DNA of 32,000 nucleotides, taken from contig NC_009664.2 in NCBI RefSeq assembly GCF_000017305.1, forward strand, positions 3,750,001-3,782,000, written 5' to 3'. The notes below the pieces were generated by a model, which searched no databases, was not told the origin of the DNA, and saw only the letters and a program-made list of their open reading frames with translations. This document shows, in pieces, positions 8,682-17,193 of the stretch (within the stretch, counting starts at the first letter, position 1; each line of letters starts with the position of its first letter). The position numbers and the translations under genes were made by a program. Source of the stretch: Kineococcus radiotolerans SRS30216 = ATCC BAA-149. Lineage in GTDB: Bacteria > Actinomycetota > Actinomycetes > Actinomycetales > Kineococcaceae.

Positions 8682-9668
8682 TCAGGCGCTCCGCCAGTGC
8701 GCCTCGTCCGCCCGGGCGAGGCGCGCCCGGACCAGCCCGGGCACGGCCACGGCGAGGCGGCGGGACGTGCCCACCCGCACCCGCCGGTCCAGCACGTCGA
8801 AACCGGCCCGCTCGACCTCGTCGAGGATCCCGCCGTAGAGGCGGTAGGCGGTGCGCAGGCAGTCGCGGCTGGTGGGGTGGACCATGTCCAGCCCCGGCAC
8901 CGCCCGCGCGTACAGCTCGCGGGTGCGGGCGGCCTCGAAGGCCAGCAGCTCCCGCACGGCGGGCGGGGTCCGTCGCGCCGCGCGCGCCGCGAAGAGGTCC
9001 TCGCGGCTGAGGCCGAAGCGTTCGAGGTCCTCGGCCGGGAAGTAGACCCGGCCGCGGTCGAGGTCCTCCCCGACGTCGCGCACGAAGTTCGTCAGCTGGA
9101 AGGCCTCGCCCAGCGCCCGCGCCGGGGCCACCGCCTCCGGGGTCAGCGGTTCCAGGATCGGCAGCATCTCCAGCCCGATGACGGCGGCGGACCCGTAGAC
9201 GTAGCGGTTCAGGTCCTCGTAGGTCGCGTAGCCGGTCTCGGTGATGTCCATCCGCATCGAGTCCAGGAACGCCTCGACGTGCTCGCGCGGGATGTCCCAC
9301 CGGCGCATCGTGGCCGCCATCGCCCGGCCCACCGGGTCCTGCGGGCCGGCGCCCGCCTCGTCGTCCAGGGACTTGAGGAAGTCGTCGGACCACGCCACGA
9401 GCGCGTCGGGGTCGGGGTCGGTGAGGGAGTCGACGAACTCGTCGGCGTAGCGGGCGAACCCGTACAGCGCCCACACGTAGGGCCGCTTCGCGGCGGGCAG
9501 CAGCAGCGTCGCCAGGTAGTAGGTCTTGCCGTGGTCGGCGTGCAGCCGCCGGCACGTCTCGAACGCGGCCCGCAGCTGCGGGTCGAGCAGCGCCGGGTCG
9601 CTCGCGGCGGCCGCGTCGAGGGCCGCCGCGCTGCTGCGCGGCGGTCGCGGGGTGTCCGCCGGGCTCAC
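8682..9668 (-). CDS. crtB: phytoene synthase
   Basis: ORF 8682..10178 trimmed to GTG at 9668, which overlaps the crtI stop (GTGA). Squalene/phytoene synthase motifs: YYLATLLLP, YGFARYADEFVD, NFVRDVGEDL..GRVYFP. Confidence 0.9.
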   Translation of the reverse strand: MSPADTPRPPRSSAAALDAAAASDPALLDPQLRAAFETCRRLHADHGKTYYLATLLLPAAKRPYVWALYGFARYADEFVDSLTDPDPDALVAWSDDFLKSLDDEAGAGPQDPVGRAMAATMRRWDIPREHVEAFLDSMRMDITETGYATYEDLNRYVYGSAAVIGLEMLPILEPLTPEAVAPARALGEAFQLTNFVRDVGEDLDRGRVYFPAEDLERFGLSREDLFAARAARRTPPAVRELLAFEAARTRELYARAVPGLDMVHPTSRDCLRTAYRLYGGILDEVERAGFDVLDRRVRVGTSRRLAVAVPGLVRARLARADEAHWRSA

Positions 9669-11224
9669 GCGCTGCGCCACGCGCGCGAGCGGTAGTCGCG
9701 CATCCGCCCCGTGACCCGCTCGGCCGCCAGCCGCCCCGAGACCAGCACCATCGGCACCCCGACGCCCGGCTGCGTGCCGGAACCGGTGAACACGACGTTC
9801 TCGCCCCAGAGGTTCCCCGGCCGGAACGGCCCGGTCTGCCGGAACAGGTGCGAGGACGCGAACGGGGCGCCGTCGGCCATGCCGCGCCGCTCCCAGTCGG
9901 CCGGGGTGGTGACGTCCTCGGCCTCGATCGACTCCCCGAACCCCTCGTAGCCGCGCTTGGCCATGACCTCCAGGACGTGCTCGCGGTATCGCGGGGCGTG
10001 GGTGTCCCAGTCGATGCGGCTGGACCCCGCCGACAGCGAGGGGGTGGGGAAGAGGACGTAGTAGACGTGCTTGCCCGCCGGGGCGAGCGACGGGTCGGAC
10101 ACCGTGGGCCGCGAGACGAGGACGGAGGGGTCGCTCATCAGGCGCCCGTCGAGCAGCTCGGCGAACACCTCCTCCCACGCGTGCCCGAAGTGGATCGAGT
10201 GGTGGACGGGGTCCGGGTAGTCCTTCGAGGACCCCGCCAGCAGCAGGTAGCAGGAGGGGGAGAAGGTGAGCTTGCGCCGCACCGGTGCGCCGAGGAGCTG
10301 CTCGCGCGCCACCGGCAGGTCCGGGTTCAGCACGACGACGTCGGCGGGGAACCGGCGCCCGTCGGCGGTGATGACCGCCGTGGCCCGCCCCCCGCTGCGC
10401 TCGACGGAGGTCACCGTCGTCCCGTAGTGGAACTGCACGCCGTGCTTCTCCGAGGCCGCGGCCATCGCCGTCGGCAGCGCGTGCATCCCGCCCTTGGGGA
10501 AGAACACCCCCGCGACGGAGTCCATGTAGGCGATCACGGCGTACAGGGCCAGCGCGTCGTAGGGCGACAACCCGGCGTAGAGGGCCTGGAAGGAGAACAT
10601 CCGCTGCGTGCGGGGGTCCTTGAGGAACTTCCCGACCTCGGGCGCCATCTTCTTGAAGCCCCCGGCGGCCAGCAGCCGCACCAGGTTCGGCTTGAGCAGG
10701 TCCAGCGGGGTGTCGATGTTGGAGTCGATGAAGTCGCGGATCTCGTAGCGGTAGAGGTTCGCGACGTGGTCGACGAAGCGCCGGTAGCCGTCGGCCTCGG
10801 CCGCGCCGGAGAGCTCGTGGATCGCCTGGGCGGTGCGCTCCACGTCGGCGGAGACGTACAGGCTGGACCCGTCGGCGAAGTTCCCGCGGTACAGCGGGTC
10901 GACCGGCTCCAGGTCCAGCCAGTCGTCCATGTCCTCGCCGAGGGCGTCGAAGCAGTCGGCGATGAGGTCGGGCATCGTCAGCACCGTGGGGCCGGTGTCG
11001 AAGCGGTACTGCCCGTCGGCGGTGTCCTTCACCACCAGACCGGCGCGGCCACCCGGGACGTCCTCGCGCTCCAGGACGGTGACGTTGCGCCCCGCCCCGG
11101 CCAGCCGCATGGCCGCGGACAACCCCGCCAGCCCCGCGCCGACCACGACGACGTTCTCCGTGGGGCCGGCCACGTGCCGGGTGCGGCCGGGCAGCCAGTC
11201 CAGGCCCCGGCTCAGCGCGCTCAC
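9665..11224 (-). CDS. crtI: phytoene desaturase
   Basis: ORF 9665..11311. The GTG at 11224 overlaps the crtE stop (GTGA); an alternative GTG at 11173 sits just before the FAD fingerprint VVVVGAGLAGLSAAMRLAGAG..V.VLE. The C-terminal FTGSGTQPGVGVPMVLVSGR is typical of the CrtI family. Confidence 0.88.
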   Translation of the reverse strand: MSALSRGLDWLPGRTRHVAGPTENVVVVGAGLAGLSAAMRLAGAGRNVTVLEREDVPGGRAGLVVKDTADGQYRFDTGPTVLTMPDLIADCFDALGEDMDDWLDLEPVDPLYRGNFADGSSLYVSADVERTAQAIHELSGAAEADGYRRFVDHVANLYRYEIRDFIDSNIDTPLDLLKPNLVRLLAAGGFKKMAPEVGKFLKDPRTQRMFSFQALYAGLSPYDALALYAVIAYMDSVAGVFFPKGGMHALPTAMAAASEKHGVQFHYGTTVTSVERSGGRATAVITADGRRFPADVVVLNPDLPVAREQLLGAPVRRKLTFSPSCYLLLAGSSKDYPDPVHHSIHFGHAWEEVFAELLDGRLMSDPSVLVSRPTVSDPSLAPAGKHVYYVLFPTPSLSAGSSRIDWDTHAPRYREHVLEVMAKRGYEGFGESIEAEDVTTPADWERRGMADGAPFASSHLFRQTGPFRPGNLWGENVVFTGSGTQPGVGVPMVLVSGRLAAERVTGRMRDYRSRAWRSA

Positions 11225-12318
11225 GAGCGCCTGCTCGTCGCCGCGACGACCAGCTCGTGCAGGGCCGCTCGCGCGGGTTCCGTCACGTCGGCCGCGTCCA
11301 GCGTGGCGCACGCCACGTCCACCTGCTCAGAGATGATCTTCTCCACTCCACTCAACGCGCCCGTGTCCACCAGGACCTGGCGCAACGTCTCGACACCCTC
11401 GGCGTCCAGCTCCGGGGAACCCAGCAGCCGCCGTACCTCGGCGGCCTGGGTGGGGTCCGCCGCCTGCACGGCGAGCCCGATCAGCACGGTGCGCTTGCCC
11501 TCGCGCAGGTCGTCACCGGCGGGTTTGCCCGTCTCGGCCGGGTCGCCGAACACCCCGAGCACGTCGTCGCGCAGCTGGAACGCCTCGCCCAGCGCGAGCC
11601 CGAACCGCGAGTAGTCGGCCAGCAGGTCCGTGGACGCCCCGGCCAGCGACCCCCCGAGCAGCAGCGGGTGCTCGATGGAGTACTTCGCGCTCTTGAAGGT
11701 CACCACCCGCCGCGCCCGGTCCACCGCGCCGTCGGTGCCGCGCTGGTCGGAGGAGGCCTGCTCCAGCATGTCCAGGTACTGCCCGCCCATGAGCTGGGTG
11801 CGCATGACGTTGAAGATCCGGCGGCCGCGGTCCAGGGCGTCGGGGGCCAGCCGGGCGCGGGAGAACAGCTCGTCGCTCCAGCCCAGGCACAGGTCCCCCG
11901 CGAGGACGGCGCCGGCGAGGCCGAACCGCTCGCGGCTGCCGTCCCAGCCCGACCGCGCGTGCAGGGCCTCGAAGCGCCGGTGCGCCGCCGGCTGACCGCG
12001 GCGGGTGTCGGAGTCGTCCATGACGTCGTCGTGGATGAGCGCCGCGGCCTGGAACAGCTCCAGCGACGCGGCGGCGGTGACGATCCCCTCGTCGGGCAGC
12101 TCCCCGCCGGTCCCGTGGAAGCCCCAGTAGCAGAACGCCGGCCGCAGCCTCTTGCCGCCGGAGAGCAGCGCGGAGATCGCGTCCAGGACCGGCGCGCAGT
12201 CCTCGCTGACCTCCCGCAGGACCGAGGCCTGGTCGCGCAGGAACTCGTCGAGGACGTCGGAGACGGCACGTCGCAGGTCGCTGGTCGCCACGGGCTGGAC
12301 GGGGGAGGCGGGCTGCAC
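11221..12318 (-). CDS. crtE: geranylgeranyl diphosphate (polyprenyl) synthase
   Basis: 365 aa with first aspartate-rich motif LIHDDVMDDSDTRRG and second motif FQLRDDVLG. It heads the crtE-crtI-crtB operon and occupies the position of idsA2 (Rv2173) in M. tuberculosis synteny. Confidence 0.88.
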   Translation of the reverse strand: MQPASPVQPVATSDLRRAVSDVLDEFLRDQASVLREVSEDCAPVLDAISALLSGGKRLRPAFCYWGFHGTGGELPDEGIVTAAASLELFQAAALIHDDVMDDSDTRRGQPAAHRRFEALHARSGWDGSRERFGLAGAVLAGDLCLGWSDELFSRARLAPDALDRGRRIFNVMRTQLMGGQYLDMLEQASSDQRGTDGAVDRARRVVTFKSAKYSIEHPLLLGGSLAGASTDLLADYSRFGLALGEAFQLRDDVLGVFGDPAETGKPAGDDLREGKRTVLIGLAVQAADPTQAAEVRRLLGSPELDAEGVETLRQVLVDTGALSGVEKIISEQVDVACATLDAADVTEPARAALHELVVAATSRRS

Positions 12319-12324
12319 AGGGGC

Positions 12325-12330
12325 ACTCTA
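12325..12330 (-). promoter_or_regulatory. putative -10 hexamer (TAGAGT) giving a leaderless crtE mRNA
   Basis: The minus strand reads TAGAGT-gcccct-GTG. The TAnnnT hexamer ends 6 nt before the GTG at 12318, which is the geometry expected for actinobacterial leaderless transcripts. No SD is present and no convincing -35 was seen. Confidence 0.35.
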
Positions 12331-12346
12331 GGCACCCGCCCGGGGC

Positions 12347-13063
12347 GTGGCGAGCGGGGTGTCCCCGCTGGTCACGGGCGGATCACCCGCCACCGAGCCC
12401 TACCGTGGTCCCGTGGTGATGGATCGGGAGGCGTACCTGCGGCGCTGGCGGGCGCTGCACGGCGGCACGCACGCCAACGCCCTGGTGCGGGCCTGGCTCG
12501 GCGGCGCCCACGCCCTCGCCCGGCCCCTCGCCCGCGCCGCGGTGCCGCCCACCGCGATCACCCTGGCCGGCGGGGCGCTCGCCGTCCTCGCCGCCGCGGT
12601 CGTCGTCGCGGGCGGACGCGGCGGGGCCGCCGCGGTCGCCGCCGGCGCGCTGCTCGCCCTCGCGGGGATCTTCGACAACCTCGACGGCGCCGTCGCGGTG
12701 ATGACCGGGCGGACCAGCCGCCGGGGGGCGCTGCTGGACGCCGCCTGCGACCGGGTCGGCGACGCCGCCTGCGCCGTCGTCCTGTGGGCGTGCGGGGCCC
12801 CGGCCTGGCTGGTCCTCCTCGCCGGCGGGACCGCGCAGCTGCAGGAGTACCTGCGCGCCCGGGCCCAGGGGCTCGGGGTCGACGACGTGCGGATCGTCTC
12901 CGTCGCCGAGCGGCCGGTGCGGCTGGCGATCGCGGCGTCGTGCGCCGCGGCCACCGCGGTCGTCGTCCACCTGGACTGGGCGACCCTGGGGGCCGGGGTC
13001 TGGGCGGTCCTGGGGACCATCGGCCTCGTGCAGGTGGCCACCGCGGTGGGCCGCCGGCTCTGA
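12347..13063 (+). CDS. CDP-alcohol phosphatidyltransferase family membrane protein
   Basis: 238 aa from GTG 12347; an ATG at 12419 is an alternative. The signature is DNLDGAVAVMTGRTSRRGALLDAACDRVGD, i.e. D-x2-D-G-x2-A-[V for R]-x8-G-x3-D-x3-D, set among multiple hydrophobic helices. Confidence 0.7.
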   Translation: MASGVSPLVTGGSPATEPYRGPVVMDREAYLRRWRALHGGTHANALVRAWLGGAHALARPLARAAVPPTAITLAGGALAVLAAAVVVAGGRGGAAAVAAGALLALAGIFDNLDGAVAVMTGRTSRRGALLDAACDRVGDAACAVVLWACGAPAWLVLLAGGTAQLQEYLRARAQGLGVDDVRIVSVAERPVRLAIAASCAAATAVVVHLDWATLGAGVWAVLGTIGLVQVATAVGRRL

Positions 13064-13088
13064 CCCGCGCGGGCCGGGCCGGCGGGTC
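13062..13088. terminator. short GC hairpin between convergent genes
   Basis: GACCCGC...GCGGGTC arms in the 26-nt gap between stops at 13063 and 13090. The inner pairing is imperfect. Confidence 0.3.
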
Positions 13089-13089
13089 C

Positions 13090-14574
13090 TCAGGCGGGAC
13101 CGATCAGGTCGGTGACGATGCGCGCGGACAACCCGACCAGCGGCAGCCCGCCCCCGGGGTGGGCGCTGCCGCCGACGAGGAACAACCCCGGCACGGGGGA
13201 GCGGTTGGCCGGGCGCAGGAACGCCGAGCGGGCCCCGTCGCTGGAACTGCCGTAGATCGCCCCCCCGTCGCTGCCGGTCCGCTCCTCCAGGTCCGCCGGG
13301 GTGCGGACTTCGCTCCAGCGCAGCCGGTCCCGCACGTCCAGGCCCCGCGCGGCCATCGTGTCCAGCACCGTCCGGGCGTGCCGCTCGACCAGGTCGGGCG
13401 AGCGCCAGTCGGTGCCCCGCCGCGGGTCGTGGACGGGGGCGTTGACCAGCACGAACCAGGCCTCGGAGTCCTCGTCGGGCCGCAGCGCGGGGTCGTCGGG
13501 CGCGCTGACGTAGACCGTCGGGTCGGCCACCGGCCGGCCCGCGGCGAGGTCGGCGAACTCCGCGTCGTAGTCGTCGGGGAACAGCACGGTGTGGTGCCGC
13601 AGCCCCGGCGTCCGCCCGTCCAGGGCCAGCAGCAGCACGAAGCCCGACGTGGAGCGGCGCGAGGGGCGCGGGCGCAACCGGGGCCGCGGCAGCAGGTCCC
13701 CGTAGAGGCGGGCGGCGTCGACGGCGGAGACGACGACGTCGGCGCGGACCTCGGTGCCGTCGGCGAGCCGGACGCCCTCGGCGCGGCCGTGCTCGGCCAG
13801 GACGGCGGTGACCGGGGTGCCGGTGCGGATCCGCACCCCGTGCTCGCCGGCGCGGTCGGCCACGGCCTCGGCGAGCCGGTGCAGGCCCCCGCGGACGTAC
13901 CAGGCGCCGAAGGCCTGCTCGACGAAGGGCACCGTCGCCAGGGCGGCGGGGGCCTTCGCCGGGTGCGAGCCGGAGTACGTCGCGTAGCGGTCCAGCAGCG
14001 TCCGCAACCGGGGGTCGTCGAGGTAGCGCCGGCCGAGGCCGCGCAGGCTGGACCACGGGGCGACGGTGGCGACGTCGGAGGCGCTGCGGGCCAGGCGCAG
14101 CAGCGTCCGCGGGCCGTCCAGCGGCGACTCCAGGAACGGTTCGCGCGCCACGTCCCAGATCGCCGCCGCGCGCCGCTGGAACGCCGTCCACTGCGCGCCC
14201 GTGCCCGCTCCCAGCGCCTCGTCCAGGGCGCGGGCCACCCGCGGCAGCCCGCCCCCGGGCAGGTCGACCTCGGTGCCGTCGGCGAAGCGGTAGTGCGCGA
14301 CCGGGTCCAGCGCCACCACGTCGAGGACCGACTCGATCGGGTCGCCGGTCTTGAGGAACAGGTCGCGCTGGACCGCGGGCAGCGTCAGCAGGGAGGGCCC
14401 GGTGTCGAAGGAGAAGCCGTCCCGGCTGAACCAGCCGAGCTTGCCCCCGATCTCCTCGGACTGCTCGAAGACCTCCACCCGGTGACCGAGGGCGGCCAGG
14501 CGCGCGGCGACGGACAACCCGCCCAGACCCGCGCCGACGACGACGACGGTGCTCAGAGCGTCCGTCCCTTCCAC
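13090..14574 (-). CDS. CrtI-family FAD-dependent carotenoid desaturase/oxidase (CrtD-, CrtP- or CrtO-like)
   Basis: ORF 13090..15663 trimmed to GTG at 14574, which gives a 22-nt overlap with the upstream GT gene. N-terminal VVVVGAGLGGLSVAARLAALGHRVEVFEQ...GGK...FDTGP; C-terminal FLVGGSAHPGGGLPLVGLSARIV. At 494 aa, the size fits CrtD/CrtP-type enzymes. Confidence 0.8.
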   Translation of the reverse strand: MEGTDALSTVVVVGAGLGGLSVAARLAALGHRVEVFEQSEEIGGKLGWFSRDGFSFDTGPSLLTLPAVQRDLFLKTGDPIESVLDVVALDPVAHYRFADGTEVDLPGGGLPRVARALDEALGAGTGAQWTAFQRRAAAIWDVAREPFLESPLDGPRTLLRLARSASDVATVAPWSSLRGLGRRYLDDPRLRTLLDRYATYSGSHPAKAPAALATVPFVEQAFGAWYVRGGLHRLAEAVADRAGEHGVRIRTGTPVTAVLAEHGRAEGVRLADGTEVRADVVVSAVDAARLYGDLLPRPRLRPRPSRRSTSGFVLLLALDGRTPGLRHHTVLFPDDYDAEFADLAAGRPVADPTVYVSAPDDPALRPDEDSEAWFVLVNAPVHDPRRGTDWRSPDLVERHARTVLDTMAARGLDVRDRLRWSEVRTPADLEERTGSDGGAIYGSSSDGARSAFLRPANRSPVPGLFLVGGSAHPGGGLPLVGLSARIVTDLIGPA

Positions 14575-15656
14575 GTGAGCTCGCCGCGGCCGTGGCGGCG
14601 CCAGGAGTCGGCCAGGAGCCCGAGCAGGACCGCGATCGAGGCGGGGTGCGCGAAGGCGTCCGGGACGGAGCGCCCGCCCGTGCGCTCCGCCGCGGCGTAG
14701 CGGCCCACGACCCCCGCGAGGTAGCCGAGGGCCCCCACCGGCGAGCCGGTCAGCGCCGCCGCCGCCGGGACGAGGTAGGTCAGGGCGAGCCCCGCGCCGA
14801 CCGCGACGGCGGCCGGCGCGGAGCCGAACGCCGACCACAGCGACTTCGCGTACCCCTCGCGCAGGTCCTCCCACCCGTCGTACATCCGGCACGTCGCGAG
14901 CGCGGTGCCGTCGGCGACCCCGCCGCGACCGCCGTGCGCCTTGACCGCGCGCAGCAGGGCCAGGTCGTCCAGCACCTCCCCGCACACCCCCGCGTGCCCG
15001 CCGCAGGCGCGGTAGGCCGCGGCGTCGACGAGGAGGAACTGCCCGTTCGCCGCGGCCAGCGACGCGCGCGGGGACACCTCGGCCCGGCGCAGCGGCAGGG
15101 TCGTCAGCCACGACCACTGCAGCAGCGGCTGGACGAGGCGCTCGCTCCAGGTGAGGGCGAGCTGGCGGGGGTAGGGGCAGACCAGGTCCAGGCCGGCCCC
15201 GCGCAGCAGGTCGACCCCCGCGGCCACGGCGTGCGGGGCGAGGACCACGTCGGCGTCGACGAAGACCAGGACGTCGCCCGTGGCGGCCCCGGCCAGCCGG
15301 TGGCAGGCGTGGGTCTTGCCCAGCCAGCCCGGTTCCGGGCCCGCGCTGCGCAGCAGCCGCACCCGGGGGTCGGTGCCGGCGGTCGCGGTCACGACGTCCG
15401 CGGTCCGGTCGGTGGAGGCGTCGTCGAGGACGAGCACCTCCAGGTCGGGGACGCCCACCTGGTCCAGCAGCGAGCCGAGGCACGCCGCGACGTGCTCCTC
15501 CTCGTCGCGGGCGGGCACCAGGACGCTCACCCGGCCCGGCACCGGGGGCGGGTCCAGCGGCGGCACCCGCAGGCCGCGGGCGTTGAGCAGGGAGTGGGCC
15601 GTCAGCGCCGCGGCGGCGGCCGACCCGAGCAGGGTGAGGGTGCGCCAGCCGCTCAC
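14553..15656 (-). CDS. family 2 glycosyltransferase (carotenoid glycosyltransferase CruC/CrtQ-like by context)
   Basis: ORF 14553..16112 trimmed to GTG at 15656, overlapping the cruF-like stop (GTGA). It has an N-terminal TM helix, VSVLVPARDEEEHV...LVLDDASTDRT, FVDADV (DxD) and C-terminal TM helices. The 367-aa architecture is like staphylococcal CrtQ. Confidence 0.75.
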   Translation of the reverse strand: MSGWRTLTLLGSAAAAALTAHSLLNARGLRVPPLDPPPVPGRVSVLVPARDEEEHVAACLGSLLDQVGVPDLEVLVLDDASTDRTADVVTATAGTDPRVRLLRSAGPEPGWLGKTHACHRLAGAATGDVLVFVDADVVLAPHAVAAGVDLLRGAGLDLVCPYPRQLALTWSERLVQPLLQWSWLTTLPLRRAEVSPRASLAAANGQFLLVDAAAYRACGGHAGVCGEVLDDLALLRAVKAHGGRGGVADGTALATCRMYDGWEDLREGYAKSLWSAFGSAPAAVAVGAGLALTYLVPAAAALTGSPVGALGYLAGVVGRYAAAERTGGRSVPDAFAHPASIAVLLGLLADSWRRHGRGELTWKGRTL

Positions 15657-16435
15657 CGGGCACCGCCCAGCACCGACCGCAGGTACGGCAGGACCGTCAG
15701 CCCCATCGCCACCCCGCCGTAGGCGGCGACGACGGGGCGGCGGAAGAAGACGGCGTTGCCCAGCGCGGAACCCAGCCAGGTCCAGCCGAGCAGGGTGGCG
15801 GCGACGGCGTGCGGGTGGTCCGGGTCGCGGTCGGCGGGCAGCACCCGGTGCAGGGCGGCGCAGATGACGCCGGCGGTGAGCAGCCACCCCGCGTAGTTGC
15901 TCAGCGGGATCCCCGGCACTCCCGGCAGGTGCGGGCGGGGGGTCTCGAACGCCCAGTGCCCCGCGGCGGTCATCTGCGGGTCCAGGAACAGGTCCCAGCT
16001 GGCCAGCGTCCACGCCGCGGCGGCCACGGCCACCGCGTCGCGCCGGCTGCGCGGCTGGTCCCGGGCCAGGTGCCGCCCGAGCTGCAGGGCCGGCTGGGCG
16101 AGCATCGTCCACGCCAGCGGGACCACGACCGGGACGTCAAGCACCTGCGGCCCCAGCGTCCCGGCGTAGCGGTAGCGGCCGAAGGGGCGCCCGGTGCGGG
16201 TGCCCACGGCCTCCGCCAGCAGCCCCAGGCCTCCCGCCACGGCCAGCGTCGTCAGCGCCCCGCGCGCCCCGCCCCGCCGGGCGGCGTCGCCGACCGACGC
16301 CGCGCAGAAGGCGGCGACGGAGCCGATCGTCGTGCGGCGCAGGGTCTCACCGCGCAGGAGGGGGTGGGCGACCTGGGACAGCACGGCCGCGCCGGTGAGC
16401 GCTCCGGTGAGCAGCGGCGCGAGTTTCGAGGGCAC
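15653..16435 (-). CDS. cruF: carotenoid biosynthesis membrane protein (Caroten_synth/DUF422, CruF-like 1,2-hydratase)
   Basis: 260-aa polytopic protein. GTRTGRPFGRYRYAG..G......VPVVVPLAWTM and WDLFLDPQM...W.F......PGIPLSNYAGW match the conserved blocks I recall for CruF-type carotenoid hydratases. Confidence 0.7.
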   Translation of the reverse strand: MPSKLAPLLTGALTGAAVLSQVAHPLLRGETLRRTTIGSVAAFCAASVGDAARRGGARGALTTLAVAGGLGLLAEAVGTRTGRPFGRYRYAGTLGPQVLDVPVVVPLAWTMLAQPALQLGRHLARDQPRSRRDAVAVAAAAWTLASWDLFLDPQMTAAGHWAFETPRPHLPGVPGIPLSNYAGWLLTAGVICAALHRVLPADRDPDHPHAVAATLLGWTWLGSALGNAVFFRRPVVAAYGGVAMGLTVLPYLRSVLGGAR

Positions 16436-16479
16436 CCGAGCACTCTAGGAGCCGGGCGCGGCACCAGCCTCCGCTGGGC

Positions 16480-17184
16480 TCAGGGGGTGCGCCCGTCCAG
16501 CGTCCCCCGGACGTCCAGGACCCGGAACCGGGCGAACAGCTCCTCCACGTACCAGCCCTCCCGCGGGGTGCGGGCCATGACGTTGCGGTGGGCCTCGCGG
16601 CGGTGGGCGAACTCCTCCAGGGCGCCGGTGGAGTCCCACAGCGAGAACGTCCCCTGGTAGCCCAGCGGCGCCTCCCCGATCCCCATCGCGCACCGCAGCC
16701 CGGGCACGGTGCGCAGCTCGGCGGCCACCGGCGGCACCGCCCGCCAGAACCCGGCGGCGCGGCTCGGGTGCAGCCGGGCGCGGGTGATGGAGGCGATGGG
16801 GCCCTCCACGTCCGCGCCGCCCCGCGCGCGGGGCGGGCCGAAGGGCTCGCGCCCGGACCAGCGGCCGCGGCTGCCGTGGGGCGCGAGCCGGACCTGCAGG
16901 CGCTCGGTGGCGAACCGCTGCCAGGCGCGCACCGGGCGGGAGGTCTCGTAGCGCTCGGCGTCGGCGAGGCGGTCCCAGGCGACGAGGACGGCCCAGTGCC
17001 GCGGGTCGGCGTCGCGGACGGTGAACGTCGTCCCGTCCCCGGTGCCCAGCAGCTTCCCGAACTGCGCCCCCGGCAGCCGCTGCACCGCGCGGCGGTCCGC
17101 GGCCATGCGCCACACGGCGCGGGGGACGGCTCGCGGGGTGACGGTCCAGACGTCGAGGGTCACGACCTCGGGGGTGGCGGGCAC
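16480..17184 (-). CDS. spheroidene monooxygenase (CrtA)-like carotenoid oxygenase
   Basis: 234 aa. It is colinear with my recollection of Rhodobacter CrtA: a beta-strand N-terminus (VVTLDVWTV), F.KLLGTG.G..FT, W.GREPF, ITRARL....FW..VP, and GIGEAPLGYQGTFSLWDS...EEFA...GWYVEELFARFRVL. Start is GTG 17184, 9 nt after the hydrolase stop; GTG 17163 is an alternative. Confidence 0.65.
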   Translation of the reverse strand: MPATPEVVTLDVWTVTPRAVPRAVWRMAADRRAVQRLPGAQFGKLLGTGDGTTFTVRDADPRHWAVLVAWDRLADAERYETSRPVRAWQRFATERLQVRLAPHGSRGRWSGREPFGPPRARGGADVEGPIASITRARLHPSRAAGFWRAVPPVAAELRTVPGLRCAMGIGEAPLGYQGTFSLWDSTGALEEFAHRREAHRNVMARTPREGWYVEELFARFRVLDVRGTLDGRTP

Positions 17185-17193
17185 CCGGGGAGG

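Noticed and set aside
11257-14700. 1147-aa plus-strand ORF across the crtE / phosphatidyltransferase / desaturase region
   Set aside because: It is antisense or out of frame to genes with strong motifs (DDxxD, FAD fingerprint). The composition is dominated by R, G, P, A, with no domain signature.
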